Assembly: GCA_030529945.1 (NCBI GenBank)
Contig: JAUMVX010000002.1
Coordinates: 17,160-81,159, forward strand
Length of the DNA: 64,000 nt
Direction of reading: 5' to 3'
DNA from: Bacteroidia bacterium
Lineage (GTDB): Bacteria > Bacteroidota > Bacteroidia > Bacteroidales > UBA932
Shown here: positions 38,003 to 50,386 of the stretch, one piece after another
How the letters are laid out: the number at the start of each line of letters is the position of its first letter
How positions within the stretch are numbered: position 1 is the first letter of the stretch
Translations under genes and position numbers: made by a program
Notes under the pieces: generated by a model
Told to the model about the DNA's origin: nothing
Seen by the model: the letters and a program-made list of their open reading frames with translations, nothing else
Databases searched by the model: none

Positions 38003-39160
38003 ATGTCCGGGTTCAAGATAATCCGAGGAGGGAAAGTTTTTTCCGGAGGGGGCTTCGTCCGGGCCGACGTCATCATAGACGGCGGCGCCATAACTGAAGT
38101 CACCTCCGCCCCCGTCGAAGTGGAGGGGAGTGAATGTATCGATGCCTCAGGGATGTATGTAGTCCCGGGAGGCATCGATATCCATATCCACGGAGGCGGC
38201 GGGCACGAGTTCATCGAGGGAACCGAGGAGGCCTGGCGCGCCGCAGTGCGCGCCCACGCCTTCTATGGGACTACTTCCCTTCTTCCCACCCTTCCGGCCT
38301 GTCCCGTGGAGACGATCCGCAAGGGCATAAGCATCTGCGAAAAGCTGGTCTCCGAGCCGGACAGCCCGGTCCTGGGACTGCATCTGGAGGGGCCTTACCT
38401 GAATCCCGCGAAGGTCGGAGCCATCATCCCCGAATACGTCACGCCGCCTGTAAAGGAGGACTATGAGAGCCTGCTTGACTCCACTTCCGTCATCAGGCGC
38501 TGGGATGCCGCGCCGGAACTCCCCGGTATGGAGGAATTCGGCCGCTGCCTCGCACGACACGGCGTTCTGGCTTCCATAGCCCATACCGTGGCGGAGTATC
38601 CTCAAGTGAAGAGGGCCTTCGACGCCGGCTTCACTCACGCCACTCATTTCTACAATGCGATGACTTCCGTGCACAATGTCCGGGAATACAAGCACGAGGG
38701 TACCGTGGAGAGCGTCTATGCGATTCCTGAGATGACCGTGGAGGTCATAGCGGACGGGAAGCACGTGCCGCCGCTCATTCTGAAGCTCATCTGGATGGTG
38801 AAAGGCGCGGACCGTACGGCCCTCGTAACTGATGCGTTGGGCTGCTCCGCAGGTGCTTCCACCTTCATCTTCGACCCGCGTGTCGTCATTCACGACGGAG
38901 TCTGCAAGCTCTCCGACCATTCCGCTCTGGCGGGCAGCATCGCCACGATGGACCGCCTGATAAAGACCGTGACCGAGGCTGGAGTCCCGTTCGCGGACGC
39001 CGTCAGGATGTCTTCAGAGACACCCGCACGCATTCTTCACGTGGAAGGCCGCAAGGGCGGCATCTCCCAGGGCAAGGACGCGGATATAGTACTCTACGAT
39101 GCGGACATCTCGCTGCGTCTGGTGATGCAGGCGGGACGCATTATCCGCAACGAACTCTGA
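38003..39160 (+). CDS. nagA: N-acetylglucosamine-6-phosphate deacetylase
   Basis: PGGIDIHIHG, HLEGPY, AHT, THFYNAM, DGKH, VTDA, GSIATMD. Confidence 0.88.
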   Translation: MSGFKIIRGGKVFSGGGFVRADVIIDGGAITEVTSAPVEVEGSECIDASGMYVVPGGIDIHIHGGGGHEFIEGTEEAWRAAVRAHAFYGTTSLLPTLPACPVETIRKGISICEKLVSEPDSPVLGLHLEGPYLNPAKVGAIIPEYVTPPVKEDYESLLDSTSVIRRWDAAPELPGMEEFGRCLARHGVLASIAHTVAEYPQVKRAFDAGFTHATHFYNAMTSVHNVREYKHEGTVESVYAIPEMTVEVIADGKHVPPLILKLIWMVKGADRTALVTDALGCSAGASTFIFDPRVVIHDGVCKLSDHSALAGSIATMDRLIKTVTEAGVPFADAVRMSSETPARILHVEGRKGGISQGKDADIVLYDADISLRLVMQAGRIIRNEL

Positions 39161-39301
39161 GACCCGCCGCCTCCGCAGCCGGTATAAAAACGTTTTTTGC
39201 CGCAGAAAGTCGCGCTTTTGTGGTGAAATCTCCGCCGCGTTTGGCGAAATCTGACGCTTTGGGTCAAATTCTGGATAGCTTTGCCGGCAAATCCAAATAC
39301 T

Positions 39302-40186
39302 ATGAAGATTACCGGAAAGAATGTGCTGATTACCGGCGGAGCGTCGGGAATCGGAAAGTTGATGGCGGGCATCTGTCTCGAGAAGGCCGCCTCCAACGTC
39401 ATCATCTGGGATGTGAACCAGGCTAATCTCGACCGTGCGGCCATAGAACTCGGAACGGTGAGACCCCGCATCGGTGGAGCCGCGCACGGACAGCTGCACT
39501 GCTATGCGGTCAATGTGTCGGACAGCGATACCATAGCGTCTTCATATCTGAAAGTGAAACATCAGGTCGGGGAGGTGGACATCCTCATAAACTGCGCGGG
39601 CGTAGTGCGCGGAAACAATACCTTCGACGCCCAGACGATCCAGGACATCCGCCTGACTATGGACGTGAATGCTACAGCCCCGATGCTGGTGGCTCTCCGG
39701 ATACTCCCGGATATGCTCCGGCGCGACAGCGGCCATATATGCAATATAGCCTCTGCGGCCGGTATGCTCGGAATGCCCAGACTGTCAGTGTATTGCGCGA
39801 GCAAATGGGCGGTGATAGGATGGACAGAGTCTATGCGCGTGGAGCTGAAACAGGCCCGCAGCAAGGTCAGAGTCACCACCGTCGCCCCGTATTTCATTAA
39901 CACCGGAATGTTCGACGGAGTGCATTCGAAGATATTCCCGATACTCAAGCCCGAAAGGACGGCGAAAAAGATAGTCAAGGCCATCGAAAAGGGCAAATCC
40001 TTCAAGGGCATCCCCTTCTCGTACCACTTCATAAGAAGCTGTCAGGCGCTCCTGCCGAACGTCCTCTTCGATTACATATTCGGAAAGATATTCGGCATAT
40101 ATTCCGTGATGGACCGTTTCACGGGAAGAAAAGAGAGCCCGGCTCCTAAAAATGCGGCGCAGCCGTTCACAAGAAAAGCAGTATAG
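39302..40186 (+). CDS. Short-chain dehydrogenase/reductase (retinol-dehydrogenase-like subgroup)
   Basis: Start MKITG at 39302; ITGGASGIG, NCAG, NIASAAG, YCASK. Confidence 0.9.
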   Translation: MKITGKNVLITGGASGIGKLMAGICLEKAASNVIIWDVNQANLDRAAIELGTVRPRIGGAAHGQLHCYAVNVSDSDTIASSYLKVKHQVGEVDILINCAGVVRGNNTFDAQTIQDIRLTMDVNATAPMLVALRILPDMLRRDSGHICNIASAAGMLGMPRLSVYCASKWAVIGWTESMRVELKQARSKVRVTTVAPYFINTGMFDGVHSKIFPILKPERTAKKIVKAIEKGKSFKGIPFSYHFIRSCQALLPNVLFDYIFGKIFGIYSVMDRFTGRKESPAPKNAAQPFTRKAV

Positions 40187-40188
40187 TT

Positions 40189-41559
40189 ATGGAAAACACC
40201 CCGGAAGAACGCATAAGGGAGATTTACGAAAAGCAGCGTGCATATTTCCGCAGCGGAGCCACCCTCAGCACGCAGTTCAGACGCGACAGCCTGAAGGCAT
40301 TCGAAAAGGCCGTGCGCAAATGGGAGCAGCCGCTGTGCGACGCCCTCTGGAAAGACCTCCACAAATCCTACGAAGAGGCATATCTTACCGAAGTCAGCAT
40401 TCTGCTCGGCGAACTCCGCACTCATATCCGCAAGCTGCGCAGCTGGGCCGCGCCCCGGCGCAAGTCCACGCCCTTGAAGATGTTCCCATCCTCCAGCAGG
40501 ATAGTGGCCGAGCCTCTGGGAAACTCGCTCATCATTTCTCCCTGGAACTATCCGGTCCAGCTGCTTCTCACTCCGCTTGTGGGGGCGATTTCAGCCGGCT
40601 GCACGGCTCTCCTCAAGCCCTCGCCCTATGTCCCGACAGTGTCCGGGGTCATAGAGGAAATGATAGCGGAAACCTTTCCCGAAGAATACATCGCCACAGT
40701 GCAGGGGAACAGGGAGGTGAACACCGCTCTGCTGGACTTGCGCTGGGATATGATCTTCTTTACGGGAAGTCCCTCTCTGGGCCGCGTAGTGATGAGCGCC
40801 GCCGCGAAGAACCTGACTCCCGTGGTGCTCGAACTCGGAGGCAAAAGCCCCTGCATCATAGACCGTGACGCGGACTTGAAGATTGCAGCCCGGCGGGTGG
40901 CCTGGGGGAAGGCCCTGAATGCCGGCCAGACCTGCATCGCCCCGGATTATCTTATGCTCCACGAAAAGATCAAGGACGAGTTCCTTGCATACCTGCGCGA
41001 GGAATTCACCCGTCTTCTCGGCGAGAATCCGCAGAAAACCCGCCATTTCGTGAGGATAGTCAGCGACAAGGCCTTCGACCGCCTGAGCGGCTATCTTTCG
41101 GACGGCAAGGTGCTGTTCGGAGCGCATACGGACAGGCGGGAGCGCTACATCGAGCCTACCGTACTCGACCCTGTCAGCCCCGACAGCCCGATAATGCAGG
41201 AAGAAATCTTCGGCCCCATCTTCCCTGTGCAGACATTCGGAAATCTCGACGAGGTGATAGAGTTCGTGACCTCCCGAGAGAAACCCCTGGCACTCTACTA
41301 CTTCGGCAAAAATGGAGATAAAGTGCTGAAACACACCTCTTCCGGCGGGGCCTGCATAAACGACGTCATTATGCATATCGCAAATGAGAACGTTCCTTTC
41401 GGCGGAGTCGGCAATTCCGGTCTGGGCAGCTACCACGGAAAACTCAGCTTCGACGCGTTCACCCACTACAGGGCCGTGATCACCACTCCCGCCCGTTTCG
41501 ACGTGCCGCTGCGCTATATGCCATATCGGATGTTCGCCCTCGTGAAGAAATTCCTGTAG
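40189..41559 (+). CDS. Aldehyde dehydrogenase (ALDH3-like)
   Basis: SPWNYP, FFTGS, LELGGKSP, NAGQTCIAPDY, EEIFGPIFP, KPLALYYF. Confidence 0.93.
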   Translation: MENTPEERIREIYEKQRAYFRSGATLSTQFRRDSLKAFEKAVRKWEQPLCDALWKDLHKSYEEAYLTEVSILLGELRTHIRKLRSWAAPRRKSTPLKMFPSSSRIVAEPLGNSLIISPWNYPVQLLLTPLVGAISAGCTALLKPSPYVPTVSGVIEEMIAETFPEEYIATVQGNREVNTALLDLRWDMIFFTGSPSLGRVVMSAAAKNLTPVVLELGGKSPCIIDRDADLKIAARRVAWGKALNAGQTCIAPDYLMLHEKIKDEFLAYLREEFTRLLGENPQKTRHFVRIVSDKAFDRLSGYLSDGKVLFGAHTDRRERYIEPTVLDPVSPDSPIMQEEIFGPIFPVQTFGNLDEVIEFVTSREKPLALYYFGKNGDKVLKHTSSGGACINDVIMHIANENVPFGGVGNSGLGSYHGKLSFDAFTHYRAVITTPARFDVPLRYMPYRMFALVKKFL

Positions 41560-41575
41560 AGGAGATCGAAAATAT

Positions 41576-41613
41576 AAGATTGGCCGCTGCGCTCGCAGCG
41601 GCCAATCTTTTTT
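41576..41613 (+). terminator. Intrinsic terminator after ALDH
   Basis: AAGATTGGCCGCTGC-gctc-GCAGCGGCCAATCTT-TTTT, perfect 15-bp stem. Confidence 0.88.
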
Positions 41614-41650
41614 CAAGCTCTACGACGAGGAACGCACCCGCCCCCTCGCG

Positions 41651-42529
41651 CTAAGACCCCAGCACGATGAGCAGCATACCCGCGAGCAGCACCGCGAGGT
41701 CGAAGGCCTTGGCGCGGATGTTCTTCTCCCGCAGCATCAGCGCTCCGAAGACGAAAGGCACGATGACGCTGCCGCGCCGCACGATGGACACTATCGAAAG
41801 CATAGTGTCAGGGCAGCTCAGGGCGTAGAAATAAAGAAAGTCGGCCATAGTGATGAGAACCGCGATCAGCGGCAGAGTCCAGTCCCAGCGGAAAGGCTTG
41901 AACCACTCTGACGCCCCCTCTCCGGCAGTGTCCGCACCGCGCTTTCTCCACAGCTTCATCCCCAGCAGCAGGAGGGCCATAATGGCCGTGATATAGACAT
42001 TCGTCCAGCTCTGCACGAAAAGCGGCTCCAGGGATTTCATTATATGCCTGTCATACAGCGCACTTGCCACTCCGGTAGCCACGCTTATGGCAAGAGCGAG
42101 CATCCCCCGGCTTCTCGTGAAGCTGACGCCTTCACGGCTGCTCGTGCGGCTCAGCATAAAGAGGGCGTAGAAAGAAATGATGCTGCCGGCCCACTGGAAA
42201 GCGTTGAGCCTCTCACCGAAGAGCAGCAGCGAAAAAAGCAGTACGAACACCGGCCGCGAGGCTTTCACCATACTGACCGTCGTCAGCGGCAGCAGCTGCA
42301 TCGCCATCAGCCCCGAAACCCAGGACGAAGTGACTATCAGAGCCTTGATTACCAGCTTCATATGGTCTCCCGCAGAGCCGCAGCTCAGCATAGGAGCGAG
42401 AATCAGCGAGGAGAAAAGCGTCGAGAAGAAAAGCACGTGCAGCACGTCGTTTCTCCTGAGCGAATGCTTCTTGGCCACATCGTAGAAGCCCAGAAAGACA
42501 GCCGACAATACCGATGCCCAGATCCACAT
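41651..42529 (-). CDS. DMT/EamA-family transporter
   Basis: Two EamA repeats (LPLTTVSMVKASRPVFV; SIVSIVRRGSVIV). Confidence 0.85.
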   Translation of the reverse strand: MWIWASVLSAVFLGFYDVAKKHSLRRNDVLHVLFFSTLFSSLILAPMLSCGSAGDHMKLVIKALIVTSSWVSGLMAMQLLPLTTVSMVKASRPVFVLLFSLLLFGERLNAFQWAGSIISFYALFMLSRTSSREGVSFTRSRGMLALAISVATGVASALYDRHIMKSLEPLFVQSWTNVYITAIMALLLLGMKLWRKRGADTAGEGASEWFKPFRWDWTLPLIAVLITMADFLYFYALSCPDTMLSIVSIVRRGSVIVPFVFGALMLREKNIRAKAFDLAVLLAGMLLIVLGS

Positions 42530-42535
42530 ACTCCC

Positions 42536-43527
42536 TTACAATGTCTGTCCTCCAATGAACTCCCTCATAATGGAGGTCGGCGGAATCGCCGCGATTTCCC
42601 GTGGAGTCAGCGTAGTCATATGACTCATATACTCCAGCAGACTCTTGGCCTTGGCATAGGCCGGCGAGGATTCGCTGATGCCGCAGAGCAGCGGCTCGGC
42701 ATAGTAGCGCAGCAGCGGAATGTCGTAGAGCATCGAGGAATTGAACACCACCTCGGCATTCTCCTCGAAAGGGAAGATGTTCAGAGTCTCCCCCCGGCGA
42801 ACGCTCGGCCAGCGGAGGATGTTAGTCTCGGGAGAGATTCCGCGCGTGCGGTTGTCGCGCACGATGCGCCGTATCAGACGTTTGTCGGTGGTCGAACAAT
42901 GCACTTTCTCACCCCCGTTCAGAGCGGACAGGGCCGAGATATAGACTTTCAGAATCCTGTCCCGGTCCACTCCGGGAGTCAGCGCCGGATTCAGGGCGTG
43001 GATTCCTTCCATAAAGAGTATATCGTTCTGTCCCAGCTTCATACGTCTGCTCTCGTCCATAACGCTCTCCCCACGGACGAAGTCGTAGCGCGGGATGATC
43101 ACTTCGCGCCCGGCGAGCAGGTCGTTCAGGTTCGCATTCAGCAGCTCGACATTCATCGCTCCGAGACACTCGTAATCCTTCTCCCCGTTCTCGTCCAGCG
43201 GAGTCTCCTCGCGGCTGCGGAAGTAATTGTCAAGCTCTATCACCTTCGGATTCAGCCCGAGCACCCTCGCCTGCTGCGCGATTCTCAGCGAAGAGGAGGT
43301 CTTTCCGCTCGAAGAAGGCCCCGAGATCATAATGATGCGACACTCCCTCCTGCGCCAATAGACCAGATTCGCGGCCTCGGCGTACTTTCTCTCCTGCCGC
43401 GCCTCGCAGAGATTTATGAGTTCTATTCCGTGGCCTGCGGCCAATGCTGCATTGACTTTGTCGACCGTGTCCACGCCTATCGCGTAGCACCAGTCCTTGT
43501 ATTCCTGCCTTGCGGCTTCAATCTTGT

Positions 43528-43531
<4 letters not shown>
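42536..43531 (-). CDS. Uridine kinase/phosphoribulokinase-like nucleoside kinase (kinase domain only)
   Basis: P-loop GPSSSGKT, LDNYF, MEGIHALNP, RRIVRD, WPSVRRGE. Confidence 0.82.
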
Positions 43532-46302
<2,771 letters not shown>

Positions 46303-46316
46303 TCCGCAGCGGTGTA

Positions 46317-47006
46317 TCAGAAGCTGATGCCGTCCACGCTGCCGTCTTCACCGGCTTCGTTGAACGGCAGCAGGAACGGATTTGTACTGCGTTCGGTGGC
46401 GATGTCGGTACTTTCTCCGTGGCCCGGATAGACCTGGGTATCGCCCTCCAGAGGGATTATCTTCTCCATCAGCGAGCGTATCTCGCAGTCGTAATCGCCC
46501 CCGTAGAGGTCGCTGCGGCCTATCGCCCCGGCGAAAAGGGTATCTCCCGAAAAGAGGATCTTCTCGCCCCCGCAGTACCAGCACACGCTGCCCGGACTGT
46601 GACCCGGAGTGGAGATCACCTTCCATTCGCAGCCCAGAAGATTCAGAGTCTGCCCGTCGCTGATGTCCCGGCTGTCGAAAGAAAGGTCCACAGCCTTGAA
46701 TCCGTAACGGAGCATCGACTCCCTGTGCTTGGCAGCCACTTCCAGATCCTTCGCGCTGAGGTAGGCCGGGACACCGCCGAAATGCGCCTGACAGTCCTTG
46801 AGTCCGTAGATATGGTCTATGTGCCCGTGGGTCAGGAATATGGCCTTCACCTTCAGCCCCGCGTCCTCTATGGCTCCGAAGAGAGTGTTCCTCTCCTCCA
46901 GACAGTAGAAGGCGGGATCCACTATCACCGCATCCCCGTTTCCGGATGAGGCCACCCAGCAGTTCTCTTCGAAGGGATTGAAGATGAATCGTCTTATTGT
47001 GAGCAT
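46317..47006 (-). CDS. MBL-fold metallo-hydrolase (glyoxalase II-like)
   Basis: THGHIDH, TPGHSPG, SGDTLF, YPGHG. Confidence 0.9.
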   Translation of the reverse strand: MLTIRRFIFNPFEENCWVASSGNGDAVIVDPAFYCLEERNTLFGAIEDAGLKVKAIFLTHGHIDHIYGLKDCQAHFGGVPAYLSAKDLEVAAKHRESMLRYGFKAVDLSFDSRDISDGQTLNLLGCEWKVISTPGHSPGSVCWYCGGEKILFSGDTLFAGAIGRSDLYGGDYDCEIRSLMEKIIPLEGDTQVYPGHGESTDIATERSTNPFLLPFNEAGEDGSVDGISF

Positions 47007-47007
47007 A

Positions 47008-48924
47008 TTAGAGCGAAGCGATGTTCTTAGGGTTGCAGAGTGCCTTGCCTTCTGCGGTATATGCGTATTCGATGCGGTCCGCGTAGAATTTCTCCACCTT
47101 GCCGCGGACTATCTTCGAAGTGGTGTTCATCATCCCGTTCTGCTCCGTAAACGGAGTGTCGGCCACGATGATGGCAGCCGGGAGCCATTTCTCGGGGAAG
47201 AGTCCCTCGCGTGCTCCGCCCTTGCGGTAGGAGTCCACCTCGCCCCGGAGGATTTCCAGCTGGGCCGTCTTGCCTTCCTCGGAATCCGGTGTGAGGCCCT
47301 TTTTCTGGACAGCCTCGGCGAGAGCGGTCTTGTTAGGCACTATGACCGCGACCGTGTAAGGATTCTGGTTATTGTGGAGGACGGTGGCGTCGATGTATTT
47401 TGAAGAGTCCGTCAGGCTGTCCTCGAAGCCTTCCGGCGAGTATTTCTCGCCGTCGGAGCTGATGAGCAGGCTCTTGAAGCGCCCCGTGACATAGAGGAAG
47501 TCGGGGTCTTCCCTGCAGATGTAGCCCCGGTCTCCGGTATGGAGCCATCCGTCCACTATAGTGGCGGCCGTAGCCTCGGGATTCTTCCAGTATCCGGCCA
47601 TAACGTTCTCGCCCCGGATGACGATTTCGCCCGTCTCTCCGTCCGGCAGACTCCTGCCTTCCTCATCGCAGATCTTGATGTCCATAGGCTTCACGATGCG
47701 GCCCGAGGACCCGAAACGCGCGTGTCCCGGAGAGTTCGAGCAGATTACAGGCGTGGCTTCCGACAGGCCGTAGCCCTGGAAGATCGGCATTCCTATGGCG
47801 CAGAAGAATCTCTGAAGCTCGATGTCCAGAAGCGCTCCGCCGCCCACGAAGAAACGGAGCCTTCCGCCGAAGTTCTCCCTGACCCCGCTGAATATCATCT
47901 TGTCGAAAAGTGACATCAGAGGCTTTCTCCACCACATTTTCCAGCAAGGCTTGCCGGCATTGTAATATTCTCTGTTATAGACTGTCGAGTTATGAACGGC
48001 GAAGTTGAAGAGCTTCTCCACCTTCGGTCCCTTCTTCTTGATGCCCGCCTCTATGCTTTTTTTGAAATTGCGGGAGATGGCGGGAACGGAGAGCATCACG
48101 TGCGGTCTGGTTTCCCGGATGGCTATAGGGATGTTCTTCAGCATAGTGATGGCATTCTTGCCGCCCGGGACGGTGGCGATGCTTCCGCCGTAGGACATCA
48201 TCACGTAGAATCCCGCCACGTGGGCGAAACAGTGGTCGAGAGGAGTGATGATGAGCATAACCTCGCCCTCGTTCACCCTGATGACCGACTGGCACTGCTC
48301 CACGTTCGCGGTGTAGTTCCTGTGCGTCAGAAGGATACCCTTAGGGTCGGCCGTAGTTCCCGAGGTGTAGGAGATGTTAGCGTAGTCGTCGGGCCCCACG
48401 CTCGCGATGCGTTTCTCGAGCTCGTCGGCGCGCTCGGCCATATATTTCTCTCCCATCTTCCGGACCTGTCCTATGTACATCTCGCCCTCCCGGAGAGGTA
48501 TGTCGTCCAGAACGATGACTTTCTCGATGGCCGGGCACTGGGGAAGAACGCGGCGCACCTTGTCTATCTGGCTCTCGGACGCTATGATGAAGCGGGAATC
48601 CGAGTGGTTTATCCTGAAGCAGAGGTCGTGGTCAGATTCCAGCTTGAAGGAAAGCGGAACATCCACGCCGCCGGCATAGAGTATGCCCAGCTCGGTGAAA
48701 ATCCAGAGATTGCGTCCTTCGGAAATGAGGGAGACTTTCTCGCCTTTCTGCAGCCCGAGGGCCATAAAGCCAGCTGCGTAGATGCGGCCCTCATCGCGGG
48801 TCGCCGCGAAAGAAGTTTCTGTCCATACGCCGTCCACCTTCTCGCGAAGGAAAGTCTTCTGCGCGTATTTGCCGGCATATTTCTCTACGAAGTCGATAAT
48901 TGTGAGTCTTGGTCGTGTTTCCAT
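47008..48924 (-). CDS. Long-chain fatty acyl-CoA synthetase (AMP-binding)
   Basis: YTSGTTADPKG, GYGLSEATP, GENVMAGYWK, GWLHTGDRG. Confidence 0.9.
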   Translation of the reverse strand: METRPRLTIIDFVEKYAGKYAQKTFLREKVDGVWTETSFAATRDEGRIYAAGFMALGLQKGEKVSLISEGRNLWIFTELGILYAGGVDVPLSFKLESDHDLCFRINHSDSRFIIASESQIDKVRRVLPQCPAIEKVIVLDDIPLREGEMYIGQVRKMGEKYMAERADELEKRIASVGPDDYANISYTSGTTADPKGILLTHRNYTANVEQCQSVIRVNEGEVMLIITPLDHCFAHVAGFYVMMSYGGSIATVPGGKNAITMLKNIPIAIRETRPHVMLSVPAISRNFKKSIEAGIKKKGPKVEKLFNFAVHNSTVYNREYYNAGKPCWKMWWRKPLMSLFDKMIFSGVRENFGGRLRFFVGGGALLDIELQRFFCAIGMPIFQGYGLSEATPVICSNSPGHARFGSSGRIVKPMDIKICDEEGRSLPDGETGEIVIRGENVMAGYWKNPEATAATIVDGWLHTGDRGYICREDPDFLYVTGRFKSLLISSDGEKYSPEGFEDSLTDSSKYIDATVLHNNQNPYTVAVIVPNKTALAEAVQKKGLTPDSEEGKTAQLEILRGEVDSYRKGGAREGLFPEKWLPAAIIVADTPFTEQNGMMNTTSKIVRGKVEKFYADRIEYAYTAEGKALCNPKNIASL

Positions 48925-48964
48925 ATATAGTTCTTTTTTATATGTTCAGAGTATGGTTGCTTTT

Positions 48965-49591
48965 TTATATGTTCAGACTTGGGAAGAGGCCGAAGAGCTG
49001 TGCGTCGATCATATTCGTGACCTTGTCGAAGTCCTCCGGACGATTTCCGAATTTTATGGTGTCGGCATCGACGACGAGCAGCTCGGACGTGTAGCCCGAG
49101 ATCCAGTCCTCGTAGCGGCGGTTCAGCCCCGTGAGGTACTCGATGCTTATGCCCTGTTCATAGTCGCGTCCCCTCTTCTGGATCTGGGCCACGAGATTCG
49201 GGATGGTGGAACGCAGGTAGATCAGCAGGTCGGGCGCTTTCACCAGCGACATCATCAGGTCGAAGAGGTCGGAGTAGTTCTCGAAATCGCGGCTGCTCAT
49301 AAGGCCCATATCGTGGAGGTTCGGGGCGAAGATGCGCGCGTCCTCGTATATGGTGCGGTCCTGTATGATGACCTCGTCGCTCTTCTCGATCTCCACCACG
49401 TCCTTGAAGCGCTTGTTCAGGAAATAGACCTGGAGGTTGAACGACCATCTTTCCATATCGTTGTAGAAATCCGCCAGATACGGGTTGAAGTCCACGGATT
49501 CGAATCTTGGCGTCCATCCGTAATGTGCTGCGAGCATCTTGGTCAGCGTGGTCTTGCCGCTGCCGATGTTTCCGGCTATAGCTATATGCAT
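48965..49591 (-). CDS. Deoxynucleoside kinase, copy A
   Basis: IAGNIGSGKTT, NLQVYF, DRTIYED, IQKRGRDYE. Confidence 0.92.
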   Translation of the reverse strand: MHIAIAGNIGSGKTTLTKMLAAHYGWTPRFESVDFNPYLADFYNDMERWSFNLQVYFLNKRFKDVVEIEKSDEVIIQDRTIYEDARIFAPNLHDMGLMSSRDFENYSDLFDLMMSLVKAPDLLIYLRSTIPNLVAQIQKRGRDYEQGISIEYLTGLNRRYEDWISGYTSELLVVDADTIKFGNRPEDFDKVTNMIDAQLFGLFPSLNI

Positions 49592-49612
49592 ATCAAATCA
49601 ATGTTTAACCTG

Positions 49613-49620
49613 CAAATATA
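49613..49620 (-). promoter_or_regulatory. -7 element for kinase copy A
   Basis: CAAATATA on +, 21 nt before the start. Confidence 0.65.
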
Positions 49621-49721
49621 CCTCTAAATATGTGATTCCTAAAATAAGTGATGATAAAAAACACCGGCATCCTCGGCTGTTGTAATCCCGGTTGCGTTCT
49701 CCGGGCGGTTCGCGGCGGCCG

Positions 49722-50339
49722 TCACTGCCGGAAAAGACCGAACAGCTCAGCGTCTATCCTGTCGGTTATGGAGGAGAAATCCTCGGGACGGTTCTGGAAG
49801 TCGAGCCCGTCCGCGTCTATTATGAGCTTGCGTCCTTCATATCCGGAAATCCATTTCTCGTATCGGGTGTTGAGGCCGCTCAGGTACTCGATGCTCATCC
49901 CCTGTTCATAATCGCGTCCCCTTTTCTGGATCTGCGACACCAGATGCGGAATGGAGGAGCGCAGATAGATGAGCAGGTCGGGAGCCTTCACCAGCGATAT
50001 CATCAGACGGAAGAGGTCCATATAGGTCTCGAAATCCCGGTCAGTGAGGTTCCCCAGGTCGTGGTTGTTCGTCACGAAGATGTTCACGCCCTCGAAGATG
50101 GTGCGGTCCTGTATGATGGTTTCGCTGCTGCGCGCTATCTCCAGCACATCCTTGAAGCGGCAGGTCAGGAAATAGACTTCGAGGTTGAACGACCAGCGGG
50201 GGATGTCCTTGTAATAATCCTCCAGATAAGGGTTGTAGCTGACCGCCTCATATCTGGGCGTCCAGCCGTAGTGCTCGGAGAGCATTCTTGTGAGCGTGGT
50301 CTTCCCGCTGCCTATGTTTCCGGCGATTCCGATGTGCAT
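49722..50339 (-). CDS. Deoxynucleoside kinase, copy B
   Basis: Start MHIGIAGNIGSGKTT at 50339; NLEVYF, DRTIFEG. Confidence 0.9.
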   Translation of the reverse strand: MHIGIAGNIGSGKTTLTRMLSEHYGWTPRYEAVSYNPYLEDYYKDIPRWSFNLEVYFLTCRFKDVLEIARSSETIIQDRTIFEGVNIFVTNNHDLGNLTDRDFETYMDLFRLMISLVKAPDLLIYLRSSIPHLVSQIQKRGRDYEQGMSIEYLSGLNTRYEKWISGYEGRKLIIDADGLDFQNRPEDFSSITDRIDAELFGLFRQ

Positions 50340-50386
50340 ATCCGTACCGTTGGGGGCGTAAAGATAGCACATTTTCCGCAATACTC

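Noticed and set aside
39161-39300. CCGGTATAAAAACG resembling CCGGTATATAAAACG at 32259-73, plus GAAATCT repeats
   Set aside because: Match too short to support a repeat family or second sRNA copy; no promoter-terminator pair found.
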